A stretch of 39,762 bases of DNA, taken from NCBI GenBank assembly GCA_963622385.1, contig CAVFIB010000003.1, forward strand, positions 1 to 39,762. Reading direction: 5' to 3'. Numbering within the stretch: position 1 is the first letter of the stretch; every line of letters begins with the position of its first letter. The notes under the pieces were generated by a model. That model ran no database searches and was not told where the DNA came from. It saw only the letters and a list, made by a program, of their open reading frames with translations. Positions 35,942-39,762 of this stretch are shown one piece after another. The position numbers and the translations under genes are program-made. Source of the DNA: Bacteroidaceae bacterium (GTDB taxonomy: Bacteria; Bacillota_I; Bacilli_A; RF39; UBA660).

Positions 35942-37133
35942 TTTTTACCTCCATTATTTGTGATGTTACTATGCCATCAACAAGTTCAGTTGTTATAATA
36001 TTTCCTTTTTTTACATCGTTTATGCTTTTTATAGTTTTATTATTAAATCTTGTTATAGTGTATCCTCTTTTTATTGTTCTAATTGGGTTTAATGCTTCCA
36101 TTTTATCGAGTAGTGATACATATCTAGTTGATTTCATTTCTAAGATTCTATTAATGGCAAGTTCTAAATTATCTATTAATATGTCAAGTTTCTGTGTTTT
36201 TATTTCATATAGTGCTAGGGGATTTTTTAAGGCATAAGAATTCAGTAATGTACTAAGTCTATTTTTACTGAATTCAAGTTTATTATTCATGCTTTTCATT
36301 AGTCTTTGTACTTTGTTATTAATTTCATTTACAAGTTCTATTTTGTTAGGTACTGCAAGTTCTGCTGCGGCAGTTGGAGTTGGGGCTCTTAAGTCGGAAA
36401 CAAAGTCACTTATTGTGAAATCTATTTCATGGCCTACTGCACTTATGATAGGAATATCACAATTAAAAATAGCATTTGCAACAATTTCTTCATTGAAAGC
36501 CCAGAGATCTTCAATGGAACCTCCACCACGTCCCAAAATTATTACATCTAGGTTTAAATCTTTTGCTTTATTTAAACTGTTTACTATGTCTTCTCCTGCT
36601 TTTTCTCCTTGAACAAGTGTTGGGATGAGAATGACTTCTGCTAGGTGATATCTTCTATTTATAGTAGTTATTATATCTCTAATAGCTGCTCCAGTTGAAG
36701 CAGTAATAACCCCAATTCTTTTTGGAAACTTTGGAATCGCTTTTTTTCTTGATTCATCAAAATAACCAAGATCTCCTAGTTTTTTCTTTAACTTTTCAAA
36801 TTCAACGTAAAGATTGCCTATTCCATCTTCTTCCATTTCTTCTACATATATTTGATAATTACCATTTGCTTCATAACAACTTATTCTACCTGTTACTAAA
36901 ACACTAGTACCATCTTTTGGGACAAAGTTAATTTTTGAAGATGCAGATTTAAACATAACCGCAGGAATTCTAGATGTATCATCTTTTAAAGTAAAATAAA
37001 AATGTCCTGAGGTATGATTCTTAAAATTACTTATTTCACCTTTCAAAAATACTTTTTGCAAATTAACATCATTATCAAATTTATATTTTATATAATGATT
37101 GATTCTACTTACTGTTAAATATTTATCATTCAT
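35931..37133 (-). CDS. xseA: Exodeoxyribonuclease VII large subunit
   Basis: The N-terminal OB fold shows FLKGEISNFKNHTSGHFYFTLKD. The catalytic core shows IGVITASTGAAIRD, RGGGSIEDLW and SAVGHE.D. A C-terminal coiled coil is present. Confidence 0.92.
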   Translation of the reverse strand: MNDKYLTVSRINHYIKYKFDNDVNLQKVFLKGEISNFKNHTSGHFYFTLKDDTSRIPAVMFKSASSKINFVPKDGTSVLVTGRISCYEANGNYQIYVEEMEEDGIGNLYVEFEKLKKKLGDLGYFDESRKKAIPKFPKRIGVITASTGAAIRDIITTINRRYHLAEVILIPTLVQGEKAGEDIVNSLNKAKDLNLDVIILGRGGGSIEDLWAFNEEIVANAIFNCDIPIISAVGHEIDFTISDFVSDLRAPTPTAAAELAVPNKIELVNEINNKVQRLMKSMNNKLEFSKNRLSTLLNSYALKNPLALYEIKTQKLDILIDNLELAINRILEMKSTRYVSLLDKMEALNPIRTIKRGYTITRFNNKTIKSINDVKKGNIITTELVDGIVTSQIMEVKNEK

Positions 37134-37530
37134 TATAAGCCTCTTTATGCATTATTGTATCAAGAGTTCCATTTATTAATTTAGTAACTTTTTCATCACT
37201 ATATTTTTTAGATAATTCTATTGCTTCATTTATCGCTACAACGTCTGGTGTTTCTGTATAAAGAAGTTCATAAATAGCAAGGGATAAAATAGCTTTATCA
37301 ACTTTACTTATTCTATCTATATTCCAGTCTTTCATATACTTGTTAGCAATAGAATTTATCTTATCTTGGTTTTCTATAACACCATTTATAGAATTTTCTA
37401 CGAACTCATTTTTTCTATCTAATTGTTCTTTAATTAAATCATTAACAGAAAAATCTATGTTCTTTTCTTTATAAATATATACTTGATATAAAATTTTAAT
37501 AATTATTTCTCTTAATTCACTTCTATTCAT
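37126..37530 (-). CDS. nusB: Transcription antitermination factor NusB
   Basis: Motifs include RSELREIIIKILYQ, W...R....DKAILSLAIYEL and P.VVINEAIELSKKY. I set the start at the ATG at 37530, with GGAGGA 7 nt upstream. The longer ORF adds 19 hydrophobic codons. Confidence 0.88.
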   Translation of the reverse strand: MNRSELREIIIKILYQVYIYKEKNIDFSVNDLIKEQLDRKNEFVENSINGVIENQDKINSIANKYMKDWNIDRISKVDKAILSLAIYELLYTETPDVVAINEAIELSKKYSDEKVTKLINGTLDTIMHKEAYNE

Positions 37531-37549
37531 ATTGATTTCCTCCATAATC

Positions 37550-37578
37550 ATTATATAAAAAATTAGGTTTAAAGTAAA
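37550..37578 (-). promoter_or_regulatory. Putative sigma-A promoter of the nusB-xseAB-glycopolymer unit
   Basis: On the minus strand the -35 is TTTACT (37578-37573), the spacer is 17 nt, and the -10 is TATAAT (37555-37550). It lies directly after the terminator of the upstream gene. Confidence 0.55.
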
Positions 37579-37588
37579 TAATAACAAG

Positions 37589-37619
37589 AAAAAAACATCT
37601 TAGTTTAGGCTAAAATGTT
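37589..37619 (-). terminator. Rho-independent terminator of the SH3b-deacetylase gene
   Basis: The minus strand reads AACATTTTAG-CCTAAA-CTAAGATGTT, a 10-bp stem with one G-U pair, followed by T7. Confidence 0.8.
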
Positions 37620-37623
37620 CATT

Positions 37624-39456
37624 TTAATAAGACAAATAATCTTTTAGTGTTTCAACAGTAGAAGAGCCATTAATTTTAATTCTAGAAATTAAATATTGAT
37701 AATTTGTTCTTTGAGCAGCTTTGTATGGATTAAACCCAAATCCTAATAGGTATTTATTTTCCTTAGTAACTTCTTGTAAGTCTTTAGTATAAACTCCGTA
37801 TGGATATGCAATATATTTGAAATTATATTTTTCGTTTTGTTTAAAGTCTTCTCGTATTTCGTCTTTTGTCATGTTTTTAACGTGTTTTTGTCTATTGATA
37901 TCAACATAATGAAAATTATAACTGTGGCTTTGCAGTTCATGTAAAGGATACTCGATTTTTATTTTTTCCATTAGATCTTCGGAGATGTATCTTATTTCGG
38001 TTTCATCGTATATGCCTTCTTCTTTTTCTTTTGTTCTTGAACCCACTACAAAGGTTACAGCTTTAAAATTGTACTTTTTAAGAAGAGGCATAACTAAGTA
38101 ATAATCATCTAAATTACCATCATCGAATGCAAGAACAACAGTTTTTTTAGGAAAGTTGCAATTACCTTTATACCAACAATAAAACTCATCTAAACTTATT
38201 GTTTTATAATTATTATCATATAAATACTTTATTTGTTGCTCAAATATATCATATGACTGAACCCATTGATCTTTTTTGTATTTAGCATTTTTAAGCTTAT
38301 CTGAAACTATTCTATGAAAAGTAAATATAGGTATTTGAATAGCTTTTTCATGTTCAAGACTTGTGTTGGTACTACAAATATATGCAATTTCTTCATTTAT
38401 GCTTACCTTATAATAACCATCATTACAATTTTTACCATCATATTTTTTTGTTGTTTCTAAAATAATTGGTTCATTTTTTTTATATTTATATGTTGCCTTT
38501 TTTCCTTTTAAATTTTTGTAAATTGTGGTTTTTTTGATTGCTTTAGTGACAGTTGGAGCATTAGAGAGTAATCTACTACAAACATAACCTTCTTTATGTC
38601 CATATTTAATCTTATAGAAACCTTGAGGGCAACCTGCTCCTTTATATTTTTTGTGTGATGCTACTGCTATTTTTTTATTGTACTTTATTCTCATTATTTT
38701 TTTAGAAGATGAACTAGCTTTTGCTCTTACATTAATTCCATCTTTATTATTAGAAACACTTATATATTTTGTTTTTAAAACATCAACTTTTTTTATAAAC
38801 CTTACTTTATTTTTATAATAAACTTTATAATAATTACCATAACTCTTGCTATCATATAAAGTAAGTGGAGTGTTATAGGATAGTTTCCTTAAAACATGTT
38901 TTCCCTTGGTGTTTGAATATACTTTTACTTTATCTAAAGTAGTTATTACACTAGAGCTTTTATTTGAATAGTTAACATACTTACTACAAATATATTTTAT
39001 ATTTCCATCGTAATTAACTTTATATAATCCACTTTTACAATACTTAGTATAATACTTTTTACTACCTACTACAGTAAATAATATATTTTTTATATTTCTT
39101 TTATATATTGTTTTATTAGAAGTACTGTTATATAAAAAAGCTTTCTTGTTGTTTGTTCTAATGGTATGATTAGATATAACTATTTTACTGCTACAGACAT
39201 AACTTGTTTTATTGTTATGGGTTATTAAATACCAACCCGCTTTGCACCCTTCAGTAGATGCAACCTTAGTTAAACTATTTATTACAACCATATCATTGTA
39301 GGATAGACTGTCATATTTTTTATAATTAGTACCTGGACCACTTCTTACATTTAACTTAGTAGTACTAGTTACCCTACCTATTTCAAGTGCATTACAACTT
39401 TGTATCCCCACAAAAGATATAAATATGAAAAATATAATAAACCAAAATTTCTTCAT
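37624..39456 (-). CDS. Secreted protein with five SH3b-like repeats and a C-terminal polysaccharide deacetylase (NodB-type) domain
   Basis: The signal peptide is MKKFWFIIFFIFISFVGIQSCNA. A module of about 70 aa repeats, with the pattern G.YK[VI]......Y[VI]CS. The C-terminal part shows FTFHRIV, VLAFDDGNLDD, KAVTFVVG and LQSHSYNFH. GGAGGAG is an upstream RBS. Confidence 0.8.
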   Translation of the reverse strand: MKKFWFIIFFIFISFVGIQSCNALEIGRVTSTTKLNVRSGPGTNYKKYDSLSYNDMVVINSLTKVASTEGCKAGWYLITHNNKTSYVCSSKIVISNHTIRTNNKKAFLYNSTSNKTIYKRNIKNILFTVVGSKKYYTKYCKSGLYKVNYDGNIKYICSKYVNYSNKSSSVITTLDKVKVYSNTKGKHVLRKLSYNTPLTLYDSKSYGNYYKVYYKNKVRFIKKVDVLKTKYISVSNNKDGINVRAKASSSSKKIMRIKYNKKIAVASHKKYKGAGCPQGFYKIKYGHKEGYVCSRLLSNAPTVTKAIKKTTIYKNLKGKKATYKYKKNEPIILETTKKYDGKNCNDGYYKVSINEEIAYICSTNTSLEHEKAIQIPIFTFHRIVSDKLKNAKYKKDQWVQSYDIFEQQIKYLYDNNYKTISLDEFYCWYKGNCNFPKKTVVLAFDDGNLDDYYLVMPLLKKYNFKAVTFVVGSRTKEKEEGIYDETEIRYISEDLMEKIKIEYPLHELQSHSYNFHYVDINRQKHVKNMTKDEIREDFKQNEKYNFKYIAYPYGVYTKDLQEVTKENKYLLGFGFNPYKAAQRTNYQYLISRIKINGSSTVETLKDYLSY

Positions 39457-39501
39457 ACTGCTCCTCCACTACAAATATATTAAAACTTTATAATAATTCA
39501 T

Positions 39502-39657
39502 AAAAAAAGTCAGAAAACTGATAACGAAAACCTGTTTAAGTACAGGTGGTAAACCACATAATATTATTAGGATTCTTAAATAAATTTAAGCATTCAACAC
39601 AAATATTAATTAGATTCCCTTATCGTTGCTTGTACGGTTTAACATATGTTTTCTGAC
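39502..39657 (-). ncRNA. Candidate structured 5' leader (attenuator/riboswitch-like) or small RNA
   Basis: A perfect 10-bp helix GTCAGAAAAC (39657-39648) / GTTTTCTGAC (39518-39509) encloses 129 nt. That interior holds three local hairpins (39575-39590, 39546-39557, 39531-39546). The helix is followed directly by U7 (39508-39502). Its 5' arm starts at the predicted transcription start of the promoter at 39664-39692. I could not match it to any riboswitch class I know. Confidence 0.4.
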
Positions 39658-39663
39658 ATAACA

Positions 39664-39692
39664 ATTATAACCGATAAAATTATTAAAGGCAA
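39664..39692 (-). promoter_or_regulatory. Putative sigma-A promoter upstream of the structured leader
   Basis: On the minus strand the -35 is TTGCCT (39692-39687), the spacer is 17 nt, and the -10 is TATAAT (39669-39664). The predicted start is near 39657. Confidence 0.55.
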
Positions 39693-39717
39693 TATCTTTT
39701 GATAAAAATGTTAAACC

Positions 39718-39759
39718 TTTTTTAAAATGTCACTTATAAATTTTTTTAAAATGTCACTT
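39718..39759. repeat. Two perfect 18-bp direct repeats, 24-bp period
   Basis: TTTTTTAAAATGTCACTT occurs at 39718-39735 and again at 39742-39759. Relative to the minus-strand promoter, the repeats lie about 26 and 50 bp upstream of the -35 box, at the window edge. Confidence 0.8.
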
Positions 39760-39762
39760 GTT

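Noticed and set aside
289-36907. There are about 35 short ORFs (60-167 aa) in the supplied track that lie antisense to, or out of frame within, the long genes. Examples are 289-495, 1550-1849, 2871-3200, 5491-5826, 8142-8566, 17878-18381, 20517-21232, 21489-21815, 28700-29208, 29533-29820, 33490-33981 and 35842-36612.
   Set aside because: Each is fully embedded in a longer ORF that has clear family motifs. They are rich in Leu/Phe/Ile/Ser, as expected when AT-rich DNA is read in shadow frames. They lack RBSs.
102-37587. Several ORFs have longer N-terminal extensions in the supplied track: rarA to 1370, the HTH gene to 5463, tagG to 27587, ATP-grasp 2 to 33324, and nusB to 37587.
   Set aside because: The extensions are hydrophobic or low-complexity, overlap upstream genes, and lack an RBS. 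The internal ATG codons are preceded by good Shine-Dalgarno sequences at the proper spacing.
39502-39657. I tried to assign the structured leader to a known riboswitch class (c-di-AMP/ydaO, c-di-GMP I/II, purine, preQ1, T-box).
   Set aside because: None of the conserved core sequences I remember for these classes is present. The element stays an unclassified candidate pending an Rfam scan.
39718-39759. The TGTCAC direct repeats could be a WalR-type (TGTWAH-N5-TGTWAH) binding site.
   Set aside because: The repeat period is 24 bp, not 11 bp, so the canonical WalR half-site geometry is not met.

Overview
This 39.8 kb window is extremely AT-rich, uses the standard genetic code, and comes from a spore-forming Firmicute (spoIIM and spoIVB are present). 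I could not run BLAST, HMM or folding tools, so all calls rest on motifs I recognise plus ORF, RBS, promoter and hairpin geometry. I found no rRNA, tRNA, CRISPR array, transposase or prophage.

Positions 1-11.5 kb are ordinary housekeeping and sporulation genes: rarA, xerD, deoB, a DUF4352-like anchored protein, an orphan HTH protein, mnmA, spoIIM, a small membrane peptide with a UPF0316 protein, an OmpR-type two-component pair, and spoIVB.

Positions 11.6-35.7 kb are one uninterrupted block of about 24 kb of minus-strand cell-envelope glycopolymer genes. The block sits between xseB and spoIVB and has three parts.
- Three tandem paralogous ATP-grasp ligase genes of the sugar-transfer-associated type, one of which is an internally duplicated two-module protein. 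They begin immediately after xseB with no gap.
- A ribitol-teichoic-acid-type set: a TarS-like GT2, a TagB/F-family phosphotransferase, an atypical nucleotidyltransferase, TagG/TagH, TarI/TarJ, and an 893-aa GT2-TagF-like fusion.
- Two paralogous modules, each with its own promoter/terminator context. Each encodes a CapE/FnlA-like UDP-GlcNAc dehydratase, one tailoring enzyme (RmlD-like reductase or 2-epimerase), and a glycosyltransferase of over 900 aa built from three GT2 modules. In one copy the third module has lost its catalytic motifs.

Positions 35.7-39.8 kb hold xseB, xseA, nusB and a secreted protein with SH3b-like repeats and a polysaccharide deacetylase domain. That last gene is preceded by a promoter and a roughly 155-nt structured leader that ends in a U-tract.

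The most interesting candidate is the ATP-grasp triad coupled to the teichoic-acid-like export pathway. It could be an uncharacterised cytoplasmic system that adds amino acids or other acyl groups to a wall glycopolymer.
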